From NCBI GenBank assembly GCA_965215105.1, contig OZ244051.1, positions 2,113,653 through 2,177,652 on the forward strand: 64,000 bases of DNA. Reading direction: 5' to 3'. Both the position numbers and the translations under genes were made by a program. This document shows positions 36,199 through 45,824 of the stretch, piece after piece. The DNA comes from Vicinamibacterales bacterium. Lineage in GTDB: Bacteria; Acidobacteriota; Vicinamibacteria; Vicinamibacterales; UBA8438. The notes beneath the pieces are model-generated. The model was not told where the DNA came from and searched no databases. It was given only the letters and a program-made list of their open reading frames with translations. Within the stretch, counting starts at the first letter, position 1. The number at the start of each line of letters is the position of its first letter.

Positions 36199-37446
36199 CT
36201 ACTCCACGGTCCAGAGCGTCAGCGTCTCGATGTCCTTGACGTAGACACGGTTCCCGGCCAGCGTGGGCTGCGTCCAGGTCGCGCTCTCCGCCACCTCGTA
36301 CCGCTGCACGGGCTCGAAGCCGGTGCGGCTGCTCGGCAGGACGACGAGCTCGGCGTCGTCCTGCAGCGACACGATGGTGTCGCCCGCGTTCAGGATGGCC
36401 GCGTTCTCGGCCTGCCGCGGCGCGCTCGTCCAGAGCACCTCGCCGGTGTCGAGGTCGAGGCCGAAGTACTGGCCGCTGTTCAGGTGCGACAGCCCGTAGA
36501 GCACGCCGTCGACGACCACCGGGTTGGTCATGTGCAGGCCCACCTCGTCGGTGCGCCACACGTCCTCGGTGGTCCAGGCGTTCCCCTCGCGGACGATGCG
36601 GAAGCGGGTGACGCCGTTGGCGCGGCCGGTCTGGATGACGTCGCCCTCGTAGAGCTGCGGGGTCTGCGACGTCGTCGTCGACGGGGTGGTGAACGGACGG
36701 CTCCAGAGCAACTGGCCGGTGTCGGCGGCCACGCCGACGATGTTCTCCTGGGTGAAGGTGATGACCTGCCGCGTGCCCTCGACCTCGGCGATGACCGGCG
36801 ACCCGTAGGCGGGCCCGTCGCCGTCCCAGCTCCACTGCACCTCGCCCGTAGCCGCGTCGAACGCGGTCAGCGCGCCGTCGTCGGTCCCGCCGACGTGCAG
36901 GATCACGTGGTCGCCGTCGACGATCGGCGACTGGCCGGTGTGGTAGAGCGGCTCGACTGGATCGGCGGGCCGCTGCCAGAGCTGCCGGCCGTCAGAGGCG
37001 TCGAACGCGGTCACGATGCCGCTGATGCCGAGCGAGAAGAGACGCCCGTCGGCATAGGCCGGCGTCGACTTGGGCCCGGGCCCGTGGTTGCGGGTGGCCG
37101 GCATCATCTGGAACGGCGCCGGATAGCTCGACCGCCAGACCGTCTCGCCGGTGGCGGGGTCGAGGGCCTGCATGACCTCGTCGCCGCCCTGCCGGCTGAA
37201 CAGGTACATCCGATCGCCGACGAGGAGCGGCGTCGCGTAGCCGAACCCCACGTCGACGGTCCACTGCCGGGTGAGCCCCTCGGGCCACGCCGCCGGCACG
37301 TCGAACCCGACGACCGAACCGTCCCGGTTCGGTCCCCGCCACTGGGGCGTGTCCTGCCCCGCCGCCGGGGCCGGCGCCGTCCCCGCCCCGATGGCCAACG
37401 CGATCGCGATCACCGTCAGACGCTTCAACACGTTTCCCTCCCTCAT
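36199..37446 (-). CDS. Secreted PQQ-like (BamB-type) beta-propeller repeat protein
   Basis: Repeated motifs are G.VWR/LW and ATG/TGE (ALDPATGETVWR, AFDASDGRQLWQ, AFDAATGEVQWS, GLDLDTGEVLWT). The signal peptide is KRLTVIAIALAIGAGTAPAPAAGQ. The start is ATG 37446 or TTG 37428, the latter having GGGAGGG 7 nt upstream. Confidence 0.85.
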   Translation of the reverse strand: MREGNVLKRLTVIAIALAIGAGTAPAPAAGQDTPQWRGPNRDGSVVGFDVPAAWPEGLTRQWTVDVGFGYATPLLVGDRMYLFSRQGGDEVMQALDPATGETVWRSSYPAPFQMMPATRNHGPGPKSTPAYADGRLFSLGISGIVTAFDASDGRQLWQRPADPVEPLYHTGQSPIVDGDHVILHVGGTDDGALTAFDAATGEVQWSWDGDGPAYGSPVIAEVEGTRQVITFTQENIVGVAADTGQLLWSRPFTTPSTTTSQTPQLYEGDVIQTGRANGVTRFRIVREGNAWTTEDVWRTDEVGLHMTNPVVVDGVLYGLSHLNSGQYFGLDLDTGEVLWTSAPRQAENAAILNAGDTIVSLQDDAELVVLPSSRTGFEPVQRYEVAESATWTQPTLAGNRVYVKDIETLTLWTVE

Positions 37447-37742
37447 GGCAGCCCGCGGCTCGATTCGCCGCTCGTGCCGCCTGACAGCCCCGGCAGAGGC
37501 CCCGCTGCCGTCGAGCAACGATGCATCCTGCCTGACCGGGTTGCTCCTCCGTCACTCGTGCCCAACCGGCGCCCCCGTCGTGCCTCGTCGGGCGCCTGGG
37601 CATCCGCCGGCGCCCTCCGCGGTGCAACGCGGAACTCCGCCGCAGGCTGCCGACGGCCAGCCCCGGCGGGCTTCCCGCAGGACGCGCGTTGATTATAGGA
37701 TGCGGCATGCGCCCCTGGATACCGTCTCGCCTGGAGAACCCC

Positions 37743-38996
37743 ATGACCCTTCGATTCGCCCTGATCGCCGCGTGCCTCGTCCTCGCGCCGCCGGCCGCCG
37801 CCCAGAACCTCGCGCCCGCCGAGCCCGAATCGGTGGGCCTGTCGTCCGACCGCCTCGCCGAGGCCACCGCGGCGCTCCAGGCCCACATCAACGCGTCGGA
37901 CATCGCCGGCGTCGTCGCGGCGGTGGCCCGCCACGGCCGCCTCGTCTACTTCGAGGCCCTCGGCCAGCGCGACCGCGAGACCGGCGATGCGATGGCCCGC
38001 GACGACCTCTTCCGCCTCTACTCGATGACCCGGCCCATCACCAGCACCGCGGTCATGATGCTGTGGGAGGAAGGCCGGTTCCAGCTCGACGACCCGATCG
38101 CGCAGTACCTGCCGCAGTTCGCCGACCAGCGGGTGTTCGTCGACCCCGCCGCCCCCGACCTCGCGCGGACCCGCCCCCGAGTCGGCGACATCACCGTGCG
38201 GCACCTGCTCACCCACACCTCCGGCATCGGCAGCCGGAGCACCCCCATCTACCGCGCCGAGGGCGTCCGGCTGCGGTCCATCACCCTGCCCGAGATGGTG
38301 GACCGCGCCGCCCGCATGCCCCTGTTCGAGGACCCCGGCACCCGGTTCCGCTACGGCATCTCCACCACCCTCCTCGGCCGCCTCGTCGAGGTGTGGTCCG
38401 GCCAACCGTTCGACGAGTTCCTCGCCGGGCGGCTCTTCGAGCCCCTCGGCATGACCGACACGGTGTTCCGGGCCGACGGCGACCGGGCCGACCGCCTCAC
38501 CACCGTCTACCGCCTCGACGACGGCAGTGGCGAGCTCTACCCCTACGCCATCGAGGACGTGCCGTTCACCGAGCGCCCCGCCCTCATCGAGGGCGGCGTC
38601 GGCCTGCTGTCGACGGTCATGGACTATCTGCGCTTCGCCCAGATGTTCCTCAACGGCGGCACCCTGGACGGCGTGCGGGTGCTCGAGCCCGAGACCGTGG
38701 CGCTGATGACCCGGAACCACGTCCCGGACGCGGCGATGCCCCTGTCCCGCTCGGGCTACATGGCGGGGTCGGGCTGGGGCCTGGGGTTCAACGTGGCCCT
38801 CGACGCGAGCCGCTATCCGTTCCCGGTCGGCGACGGCGAGTACTGGTGGGACGGCTCGTCCGGCACCCGGTTCTCGATCGACCCGGAGCACGGGCTCGTC
38901 ACGGTCATCATGGCCGCCGTCTCGCCGTCGCGGGGCGGCGGGTTCCGCGAGGAGTTCAAGGACCTCGTGCACCGGGCGATTGTCGACGAACGCTGA
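37743..38996 (+). CDS. Beta-lactamase-family serine hydrolase homologue with S-x-x-R in place of S-x-x-K (417 aa)
   Basis: I trimmed the ORF to ATG 37743, which has GGAGAA upstream, and a signal peptide follows. Family blocks are FRLYSMTRPITSTAVMML, LLTHTSGI, FRYG and YWWDGSSGT. The codon after SMT is CGG (Arg) where the family's general-base Lys is expected. Confidence 0.85.
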   Translation: MTLRFALIAACLVLAPPAAAQNLAPAEPESVGLSSDRLAEATAALQAHINASDIAGVVAAVARHGRLVYFEALGQRDRETGDAMARDDLFRLYSMTRPITSTAVMMLWEEGRFQLDDPIAQYLPQFADQRVFVDPAAPDLARTRPRVGDITVRHLLTHTSGIGSRSTPIYRAEGVRLRSITLPEMVDRAARMPLFEDPGTRFRYGISTTLLGRLVEVWSGQPFDEFLAGRLFEPLGMTDTVFRADGDRADRLTTVYRLDDGSGELYPYAIEDVPFTERPALIEGGVGLLSTVMDYLRFAQMFLNGGTLDGVRVLEPETVALMTRNHVPDAAMPLSRSGYMAGSGWGLGFNVALDASRYPFPVGDGEYWWDGSSGTRFSIDPEHGLVTVIMAAVSPSRGGGFREEFKDLVHRAIVDER

Positions 38997-39017
38997 CGGG
39001 ACCGCGCCACGGCGCGG

Positions 39018-39290
39018 TCACAGGAAGGCGATCGACTGGTGCGAGGGAATCTCGAACCGGCGGCGGCACCGGGGGCAGGTCAGCATGTCGTCGACGCGCA
39101 CCATGTAGTCGCGCAGCTTGCGGTGCATCTCGCGGTCCCCGGCGTCGGCCCCCCGCGGCGGCCGGTCCTTCTTGAGGCGGCGGATCCACCGCACCTGGTA
39201 CTCCGCCCGGTGCCGGCACCGGGGGCAGGTGAACGTCGCCGGCTTCCGCTCCTCGCGTTCGTTGAAGAAGTCGCGCTCGTGGCGTGCCAT
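39018..39290 (-). CDS. Small zinc-ribbon protein (90 aa)
   Basis: I trimmed the ORF to ATG 39290. Two CPRC pairs are present (FTCPRCRHRAEY and LTCPRCRRRFEI). It lies immediately downstream of the methyltransferase gene on the same strand. Confidence 0.6.
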   Translation of the reverse strand: MARHERDFFNEREERKPATFTCPRCRHRAEYQVRWIRRLKKDRPPRGADAGDREMHRKLRDYMVRVDDMLTCPRCRRRFEIPSHQSIAFL

Positions 39291-39360
39291 GGTGACGATG
39301 CCGGGGCCGTATCGAGGACGACGGACCTGCACGCCGCGTGCGCCCCGGGGCGCCGGCCGG

Positions 39361-40062
39361 TCAGGCGTCCTTGATGCAGGTGACGAGAGACCAGATGCGG
39401 GGAATGTTGACCTTCTCGATCGACACCGGCTCGAGGCCGGCCTGGGCCAGGAACGCCGGCAGGTCCAGATCCGCCTTGAAGCCGAGATGCACGGTGACGG
39501 GCGAGATCCACCGTTCGATCTTCGCCCCCAGCCGGCTCGTGCTCATGAAGTGGTTGAGGAACACGAACCGGCCGCCGGGCCGGCAGACGCGCCGCATCTC
39601 GTGCACGGTCCTGATGGGGTCCGAGACGACGCTGATGGTGTACGGCGCGTAGACGATGTCGAACGAGTCGTCGGGGAACGTCAGCGCCTCGGCGTCCATC
39701 TGCACCAGCCGGACGTTGGTCCGCCGGCGCCGGGCGATGCGCCGCTCCGCCTTCTCGAGCATGGACGCCGACAGGTCGATGCCGGTGACGTGGCAGTCGC
39801 GCGGATAGAGCACCGCGTTGATGCCGGTGCCGACCCCGACCTCGAGCACCCGATCCCCCGGCGAGATGCCGAGCCGCCCTATCGACTCGAGCCGGCCCGC
39901 GTGGAGGGTCGGACCGAACGTGAAGTCGTACACCGAAGCGATCTTCTCGTAGACCTCCTCGACGAAGTCGGTCTCCACGGACGCGACGGAGAGCGTGCGG
40001 GTGGCGGCGTCGGGAGGCGCAACCGCCTTCTTGGGCTCCGACTCCTGCATCTGTAGGGACAT
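39361..40062 (-). CDS. Class I SAM-dependent methyltransferase (PmtA-like phospholipid N-methyltransferase family suspected)
   Basis: VLEVGVGTGIN is SAM motif I, followed by FDIVYAPYTISV and RPGGRFVFLNH. The N-terminal YDFTFGPTLHAGR resembles Rhodobacter-type Pmt enzymes. The start is ATG 40062 or 40050. Confidence 0.75.
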   Translation of the reverse strand: MSLQMQESEPKKAVAPPDAATRTLSVASVETDFVEEVYEKIASVYDFTFGPTLHAGRLESIGRLGISPGDRVLEVGVGTGINAVLYPRDCHVTGIDLSASMLEKAERRIARRRRTNVRLVQMDAEALTFPDDSFDIVYAPYTISVVSDPIRTVHEMRRVCRPGGRFVFLNHFMSTSRLGAKIERWISPVTVHLGFKADLDLPAFLAQAGLEPVSIEKVNIPRIWSLVTCIKDA

Positions 40063-40369
40063 GCGATCGCGCTCCGCGTGGCGGTCGACCGGACGGGCTC
40101 GAAGGACGGCCGTGCGGCGTCGACCCACCGTCGCCCCGAGACGACAACCGTGCGACTATACCGTTTCGCCGACGTAACGGCAAGGAGAGAAACCGGGCAG
40201 GACGGGCCGAAGGCCAAGGCGCGGCGGCGCTCGACCGGCCGCTAACTCATTCGCTGCCAATGCTTTGGCCGTCATCGTCCGGTTTGACAGGCGGCCGGCG
40301 GCGCCGGTATAGTGGCGCAAGCCGGTCGTCGCGGCGCCCCGCCGCGCCGGCCGTCTCCCCGGCCCGACC

Positions 40370-41836
40370 ATGTCCGAGGAAGTCAGATTCCTCACGCCCG
40401 AGCGGGCGCTGCTGACCACCCTGGTGGTCAAGATCGCGCTGGCGGCGACGCTCGCCACCATGCTGGTCCGGTTCGGCCAGTTCCGCCGGATCCTCCTCAC
40501 CGAGAAGCGCGCCTGGCGCGAGCGGCTGACGTTCGCGTTCGCGTTCGGCATCCCCGTCAGCATCGGGGTCATCTCGCGGCTGCTGCTCAACGAGGGGGAT
40601 CCGTCCCGAGTCATCCTGCCGAACTACGCGGCCGCCGATCTCTCCCTCGCCGGCTCGTTCCTCGCGGGGCTCATCGCCGGCCCCTACGCAGGGGCGATCG
40701 TCGGGGGCCTCGTCGGGCTCCCGGCGCTGTTGGCCGGCGAATGGATCGCGATCATCCTCATGGTCGGCTGCGGATTCGCGGGCGGCGGGCTGCGCGAGCT
40801 GTCCCCCAAGGAGGCGATCTGGCACGTGAGCCCGCTGCTGGTGACCGCCCTGCGGCGGCACACGTGGCGGCTCGCGGGGCGGCTCCGCGTCGACTGGCAG
40901 TTCACCCTGATGGCGGGGCCGGTCGGCCTCGAGCTGCTGCGGCAGGCGCTCACGGACCAGTTCGGCGCGCAGCGGCTCTTCGCCCTCCAGCCGACGAACA
41001 TCTGGCTGATGGCGGTCATCGTGCTGACGACGGTCATGTCGGTCACCATTCCCATCAAGATCTGGAACACCGCGCGCATCGAGCACCGGCTGCAGGAGCA
41101 GGAGAAGCTGCTCATGCAGGCCCGCGTCGAGGCCCTCGCCAGCCAGATCAACCCCCACTTCCTGTTCAACACGCTGACGTCCATCTCGTCCCTCATCCGC
41201 TCCCAGCCCGAGACCGCCCGCATGCTGATCGGCAAGCTCTCCGGGCTGTTGCGCCGGCTGCTGCGGAGCCAGGAGCACTTCGTCACCCTGCGGGAGGAGA
41301 TCGCGTCGATCGACGAGTACCTCGACATCGAGACGGTCCGCTTCGGCGAGACGCTGGTCGTCGAGAAGCGCATCGCCCCGGAGACCCTCGACCAACTGGT
41401 GCCCAGCATGCTGCTCCAGCCCCTGGTGGAGAACTCCATCAAGCACGGCATCTCCCGCAAGGTCGGCGGCGGGCGCATCACCATCGCGAGCGGACGCGTC
41501 CCCGGCCACACCGTGATCGAGGTCATCGACGACGGCCTGGGCATGGTGACCGAGGCCCCCGACGCCGGGGGGCGGCGCGGCATCGGCCTGAAGAACGTGG
41601 ACGAGCGCCTCCGGGTCATCTACGGCGCCAACTACCATCTGAAGCTGCACAGCGCGCCGGGAGAGGGAACCCGCGCCCGCATCGAGATTCCCGAGCTCGC
41701 GATGCCGCGAGCCGCCGCGGCCCCGGAGTCCGCGCCGTCGAACGGCCCGGGTTCCTCCAGGGTCGGTTGGGCGCCCGGCGGAGCCGAGGGCGACGACGGG
41801 CGGGCTGGCGCGGTGGTCGGCGATCCGTGGTCCTGA
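40370..41836 (+). CDS. LytS/YehU-type sensor histidine kinase (488 aa)
   Basis: The N-terminal region is multi-TM (5TM-LYT-like). This is followed by a His_kinase block (QINPHFLFNTLTSISSLI) and an HATPase_c block (LQPLVENSIKHGI, DDGLGM, GIGLKNVDERL). Confidence 0.9.
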   Translation: MSEEVRFLTPERALLTTLVVKIALAATLATMLVRFGQFRRILLTEKRAWRERLTFAFAFGIPVSIGVISRLLLNEGDPSRVILPNYAAADLSLAGSFLAGLIAGPYAGAIVGGLVGLPALLAGEWIAIILMVGCGFAGGGLRELSPKEAIWHVSPLLVTALRRHTWRLAGRLRVDWQFTLMAGPVGLELLRQALTDQFGAQRLFALQPTNIWLMAVIVLTTVMSVTIPIKIWNTARIEHRLQEQEKLLMQARVEALASQINPHFLFNTLTSISSLIRSQPETARMLIGKLSGLLRRLLRSQEHFVTLREEIASIDEYLDIETVRFGETLVVEKRIAPETLDQLVPSMLLQPLVENSIKHGISRKVGGGRITIASGRVPGHTVIEVIDDGLGMVTEAPDAGGRRGIGLKNVDERLRVIYGANYHLKLHSAPGEGTRARIEIPELAMPRAAAAPESAPSNGPGSSRVGWAPGGAEGDDGRAGAVVGDPWS

Positions 41837-41840
41837 TAGA

Positions 41841-42626
41841 ATGCCCCTTCGAGTTCTGGTCGCCGACGATGAGCAGCCCGCCCGCAACGAGCTCTGTTTC
41901 CAGCTCGGCCGGCTCGACGACGTCGAGGTGGTCGAGCAGGCGGCGGACGGGCCCCAGGCGGTGTCGCTGGCCGAGTCGCTCGATCCCGATCTGGTGCTGC
42001 TCGACATCCAGATGCCGGGCATGACGGGGTTCGAGGTGGCCCGCCGGCTCGTGGAGCGCGGCGTCAGGAGCCGGGTCGTCTTCGTGACCGCCTACGATCA
42101 GTACGCGATCGAGGCGTTCGAGGTGAGCGCGGTCGACTACCTCCTGAAGCCGGTCGAGTCGTCGCGGCTCGCCCGGTCGATCGAGCGGGTCCGGCGGCTG
42201 CTGGCGGCGCCGGCCGGGCGGCCCGACGGCGCGGCGGCAAACCGCGAGCTCGAACGGATCGTCCAATACGTAGCGGAGCGGCAGCAGCGGCGGGAACGCC
42301 TGGCCATCAGGGCGGGCGACCGCTTCCTGCTCGTTCGGGCCGACGACATCGTCTACGCCTCGCTGGCCGACGACGTCATCACCATCGTGACCGGCACCGT
42401 GTCCGGCACGTCGAACTATCGGACGCTCGATGAGCTGCACTCGCACCTCGACCCCGCCGTGTTCTGGCGCGTGCATCGGTCGCACGTCGTCAACATCAAC
42501 AAGATCAAGGAGATAGTCCCCTGGTTCAGCCGCAACTACATCCTGAGGATGAAGGACGGGAAAGGCACGGAGATTCCGGTCAGCCGCACCCAGACCAAGC
42601 GGCTCCGCGAGTATCTGAGCCTCTAG
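41841..42626 (+). CDS. LytTR/AlgR-family response regulator (261 aa)
   Basis: The receiver domain (VLVADDE, LVLLDIQMPGMTG, DYLLKP) is followed by a LytTR DNA-binding domain (FWRVHRSHVVNINKIKEI). The start is 4 nt after the kinase stop. Confidence 0.92.
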   Translation: MPLRVLVADDEQPARNELCFQLGRLDDVEVVEQAADGPQAVSLAESLDPDLVLLDIQMPGMTGFEVARRLVERGVRSRVVFVTAYDQYAIEAFEVSAVDYLLKPVESSRLARSIERVRRLLAAPAGRPDGAAANRELERIVQYVAERQQRRERLAIRAGDRFLLVRADDIVYASLADDVITIVTGTVSGTSNYRTLDELHSHLDPAVFWRVHRSHVVNINKIKEIVPWFSRNYILRMKDGKGTEIPVSRTQTKRLREYLSL

Positions 42627-42646
42627 CGGGAACGGGCCCGGAAGGC

Positions 42647-43237
42647 TTGCCGCCCCACCTGCTGTCGCCGAGCCAGGCCTGGGAGGCCCAGCGCCGGGCG
42701 CAGCGCTCGGCCCTGGCGGCGCGCGCCGGCGAGGAGATCGTGGCGTGGATCAAGACGTTCGCGTCGGCCGCGGTCTACGCGACGCTCATCGTCACCTTCG
42801 GGTTCCAGGTCGCCCGGGTCGAGGGCCGCAGCATGGAGCCGACGCTGGAGGACCAGGACCGGCTGATCGTCAACAAGGCGCTGTACAAGTTCTTCGGCCG
42901 GCCCGAGCCCGGCGACATCGTGATGCTCTACTACCCGCGCGACCCCGACAAGTCCTTCGTCAAGCGGGTCATCGCCGAGGCCGGCGACGAGGTGCGGATC
43001 GAGAGCGGGCAGGTCTACGTGAACGACGTCCTCCTGCCGGACGAGTACGTGCCGCCCCGGTTCCGGAGCCGCGAGACCCTCGGCCCCGAGCGGGTCGAGG
43101 ACGCCCACTACTTCGTCATGGGCGACCACCGGAACAGCAGCTCCGACAGCCGTCACTGGGGCCAGGTGCCGGAGAAGTACGTCATCGGCAAGGTGCAGCT
43201 CCGCTGGTGGCCCCTCTCCAACGCCACGATCTTCTGA
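42647..43237 (+). CDS. lepB: Signal peptidase I (196 aa)
   Basis: Motifs are GRSMEPTL (catalytic Ser), FVKRVIA (catalytic Lys) and GDHRNSSSDSRHWG. The track uses a TTG start. Confidence 0.9.
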   Translation: MPPHLLSPSQAWEAQRRAQRSALAARAGEEIVAWIKTFASAAVYATLIVTFGFQVARVEGRSMEPTLEDQDRLIVNKALYKFFGRPEPGDIVMLYYPRDPDKSFVKRVIAEAGDEVRIESGQVYVNDVLLPDEYVPPRFRSRETLGPERVEDAHYFVMGDHRNSSSDSRHWGQVPEKYVIGKVQLRWWPLSNATIF

Positions 43238-43255
43238 CCGCACGCATGCCCGCCG

Positions 43256-43285
43256 CGGCCGCTCACCCGATCGGGTGAGCGGCCG
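43256..43285. terminator. Perfect 30-nt palindrome between convergent lepB and the TonB-dependent receptor gene (possible bidirectional terminator)
   Basis: The sequence is CGGCCGCTCACCCGA|TCGGGTGAGCGGCCG, centred on GATC. No T-tract is present on either side, so terminator function is an inference. Confidence 0.4.
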
Positions 43286-43292
43286 GCTGTCG

Positions 43293-45824
43293 CTAGAAGA
43301 ACCGCACCGAGTACCCCACCTTGACGCCGCGGCCCATCTCGGGAGCCAGGTCCTTGATGAAGGACGTGTGGTTCCGGTAGAGGGCGTTCGTCAGGTTGTA
43401 GCCCGTGAAGCTCAGGATGTGCGCCGCGTGCTGGCGCGGCCAGACGTAGGACGCGCGCAGGTTGACGACCGAGTAGCCCTCGGTCTCCGTCTCGTCGTGG
43501 AACACGCGGTCCTGGGCGCCCGCGAACTCCAGCTCCGGGCTGACCGTGAACCCGCCGTACGGCAGGTCGAGGCTCAGCGTCCCCCGCAGCGGCGGAATGC
43601 GCGGCAGCGGCTCGTTGGTGGCGGTGAGCCTCGCGTCGACGTAGCCGATGCCGAGGGTCGTCCAGGCGCGTCCCCCCAGCCTGAAGCTCGCGCGGGCGTC
43701 CCAGCCCCTGAACCGGCTGTCCCCCTGGTGGAAGTCGAGGACCGCGAGGCCGTCGGCCTCTTCGCCGGTGCGCTCGCCGAAGATGAAGTTGTCGATCCCG
43801 TAGACGTAGAAGTTCATGCTGGCCCGCGCCCGCTCGGACTGGTGACGCAGGCTCAGGTCGAGGCCGAGCGTCGTCTCGGCGTCGAGATCGGGGTTGCCGA
43901 CCTCGAAGGCGAGGTTCCCGACGTGCGGACCGAAGTTGTACAGCTCCTCGAGGGCGGGGGCGCGGTGCGACGACGTGACGTTGGCCACGAACGCGCTGCC
44001 CGTGCCGAGATCCGTGTGGACGCCGAAGGACGCCGAGCTCCCCAGGAACTGCCGGTCCCGCGGGTCGGGGGCCACGAGCCCGCCGTGGTCGTGGTCGTCG
44101 TGGTCGTCGTCATGGTCGTCGTCATGATCGTCATCGTCGTGGTCATGATCGTCGTCATGGTCATGATCGTCGTCATGATCGTCGTCATGATCGTCGTCAT
44201 GGTCGTCGTCATGGTCGTCATGGTCGTCGTCGTGGTCGTCGTGCCCGCCTTCCGGCCGCTCGTCGGGCCGGTAGTCGTTCCGCTCGACACGGCCGCCGAA
44301 CTGCAGCCGGAAGCGCCCGAAGTCGACCTCCTCGTAGGCGAACGCGGCGAACGACGTCTGGTCCGTCCGCGGCGCCAGCGCCTCGACCCCGACCGCCTCG
44401 AACTCGCGCATCTGGGCCCAGGCCCCGAACCGGCCTGACAGCCGCGCCGTCTGCTGCTGATCGACCTCGGCGCGGAGGATGGTGGTCCGGTTGGTGAACC
44501 GGGTGCCGATGCTCTCGACGCCCTCGTCGATCTCCAGCTCGTCGTGGCCCCAGTCGATGACGTTGGCGGTGAAGCGGACACCCTCGATGGCCCGGTTGGC
44601 GAGATTGCGGAGGCCGACGTCGAAACGGCCGACGCGCCGACGCGAGGCGAGATCGATCGCGACTTCGTGTCCCTCCTCGTCCTCGTGGTCCTCGTCCTCG
44701 TGGTCGTCCTCGTCCTCGTCCTCGTGATCGTGGTCGTGGTCGTGGTCGTGATCGTCCTCTTCGGCGTGGTCGTCCTCTTCCTCGTGGCCGTGCGCCGCGT
44801 GGAACTCGCCGGCGAAGGGAACGCCGTAGCGGCCGTCCTCCGCCCTGAACCCGCCGCTCACGAACGCCCGGTCGCCGAACCAGCCGACCCCGCCCTGCGC
44901 GTTCGTCAGCTCCGTCGCGGAGTTCTCGACGACGCCGTCCGGCGTGTCGTAGTCACCCGTCCGCCGCAGGCTGCCGCCGCCCCAGAAGAGGACGCTGCCC
45001 TGCGCGTGCTGGAAGCTGGCCGCGGTGCCCCCCTGGGCGTTCGCGCTCCCCGCGTCGACGGTGAACTGCCCCCGCGTGCCCTGGAACTGCGAGTCGCGGT
45101 AGCTCTCGTGCGGCGTGATCACGTTGACGAGGCCGCCGACCGCGTTCGAGCCGTAGAGCAGGGTCGCCGGGCCGCGGACGATCTCGATGCGCTCGGCCCC
45201 GTTGGGATCGACGGTGACCCCGTGGTCGCCCGACTGGCTCGAGAGGTCGCCGGTGCGGATGCCGTCCTCGAGAATGAGGACCCGGTCGCCGTCGAAGCCG
45301 CGGATGATCGGCCGGTCCGAGCCCGGCCCGAAGCTGCGGCTCGCGATGCCCGGCTCGTTGCGCAGCGCCTCGCCGATCGTGTTGGCGCCCACCGCCACGA
45401 CGTCGAACGAGTCGAGGGTGGTGACCGCGTTGAACGCCTCGAGAGACGTCTGGGCCCCGCCGGCCGAGGCGGTGACGGTCAGCTCCTCGTGGACCGCGGA
45501 CAGGCCGAGCATGAAGTCCACCATCGCCGTCTCCCCCGGGACGACGGTGACGGCCTGGCGGCCGGCGGTGAGGTGCTCGCGCTGGGCGAGCACCTCGTAC
45601 GTCCCGGCGGAGACCCCGTCGATCTCGAACGCGCCGTCCTCATCGGTCAGGCCCACCGCGCCCGAGCCGACGACCAGGATCACCGCGCCGCGGACGGGCC
45701 CGCCGCCTTCCTCCAACGTGACCCGGCCGCCGACGGCGCCGTTCTCCTGCGCCCGGGCCGGCAGCGCCAGCAGCGCGGCCGCCGCCAGGGCGGCCCAAAA
45801 ACGTGTTGCAGTCAATCGGTACAT
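43293..45824 (-). CDS. TonB-dependent outer-membrane receptor with an N-terminal carboxypeptidase-regulatory-like domain and two His/Asp/Glu-rich insertions (843 aa)
   Basis: I trimmed the ORF to ATG 45824, which has GAGGAG 7 nt upstream, and a signal peptide follows. The plug region contains DRVLILEDGIRTGD and IEIVRGPATLLYGSNAVGG, and the C-terminal barrel ends in YSVRFF. One insertion is HAAHGHEEEDDHAEEDDHDHDHDHDHEDEDEDDHEDEDHEDEEGHE. The other is a ~53-aa run containing only H and D. Confidence 0.9.
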   Translation of the reverse strand: MYRLTATRFWAALAAAALLALPARAQENGAVGGRVTLEEGGGPVRGAVILVVGSGAVGLTDEDGAFEIDGVSAGTYEVLAQREHLTAGRQAVTVVPGETAMVDFMLGLSAVHEELTVTASAGGAQTSLEAFNAVTTLDSFDVVAVGANTIGEALRNEPGIASRSFGPGSDRPIIRGFDGDRVLILEDGIRTGDLSSQSGDHGVTVDPNGAERIEIVRGPATLLYGSNAVGGLVNVITPHESYRDSQFQGTRGQFTVDAGSANAQGGTAASFQHAQGSVLFWGGGSLRRTGDYDTPDGVVENSATELTNAQGGVGWFGDRAFVSGGFRAEDGRYGVPFAGEFHAAHGHEEEDDHAEEDDHDHDHDHDHEDEDEDDHEDEDHEDEEGHEVAIDLASRRRVGRFDVGLRNLANRAIEGVRFTANVIDWGHDELEIDEGVESIGTRFTNRTTILRAEVDQQQTARLSGRFGAWAQMREFEAVGVEALAPRTDQTSFAAFAYEEVDFGRFRLQFGGRVERNDYRPDERPEGGHDDHDDDHDDHDDDHDDDHDDDHDDDHDHDDDHDHDDDDHDDDHDDDHDDHDHGGLVAPDPRDRQFLGSSASFGVHTDLGTGSAFVANVTSSHRAPALEELYNFGPHVGNLAFEVGNPDLDAETTLGLDLSLRHQSERARASMNFYVYGIDNFIFGERTGEEADGLAVLDFHQGDSRFRGWDARASFRLGGRAWTTLGIGYVDARLTATNEPLPRIPPLRGTLSLDLPYGGFTVSPELEFAGAQDRVFHDETETEGYSVVNLRASYVWPRQHAAHILSFTGYNLTNALYRNHTSFIKDLAPEMGRGVKVGYSVRFF
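44085..44243 (-). repeat. In-frame codon microsatellite (GTCGTCATG/GATCGTCGTCATG units) encoding the His-Asp run of the receptor
   Basis: Repeated gtcgtcatgatc and gtcgtcatggtc units are visible at 44085..44243. A second, Glu-richer tract lies at about 44670..44795. Confidence 0.7.

Noticed and set aside
44085-44795. CRISPR-like or satellite array suggested by the highly periodic short repeats
   Set aside because: The repeats are 9-13 nt in-frame codon units inside the TonB-dependent receptor ORF, encoding His/Asp/Glu runs. There is no repeat-spacer architecture.
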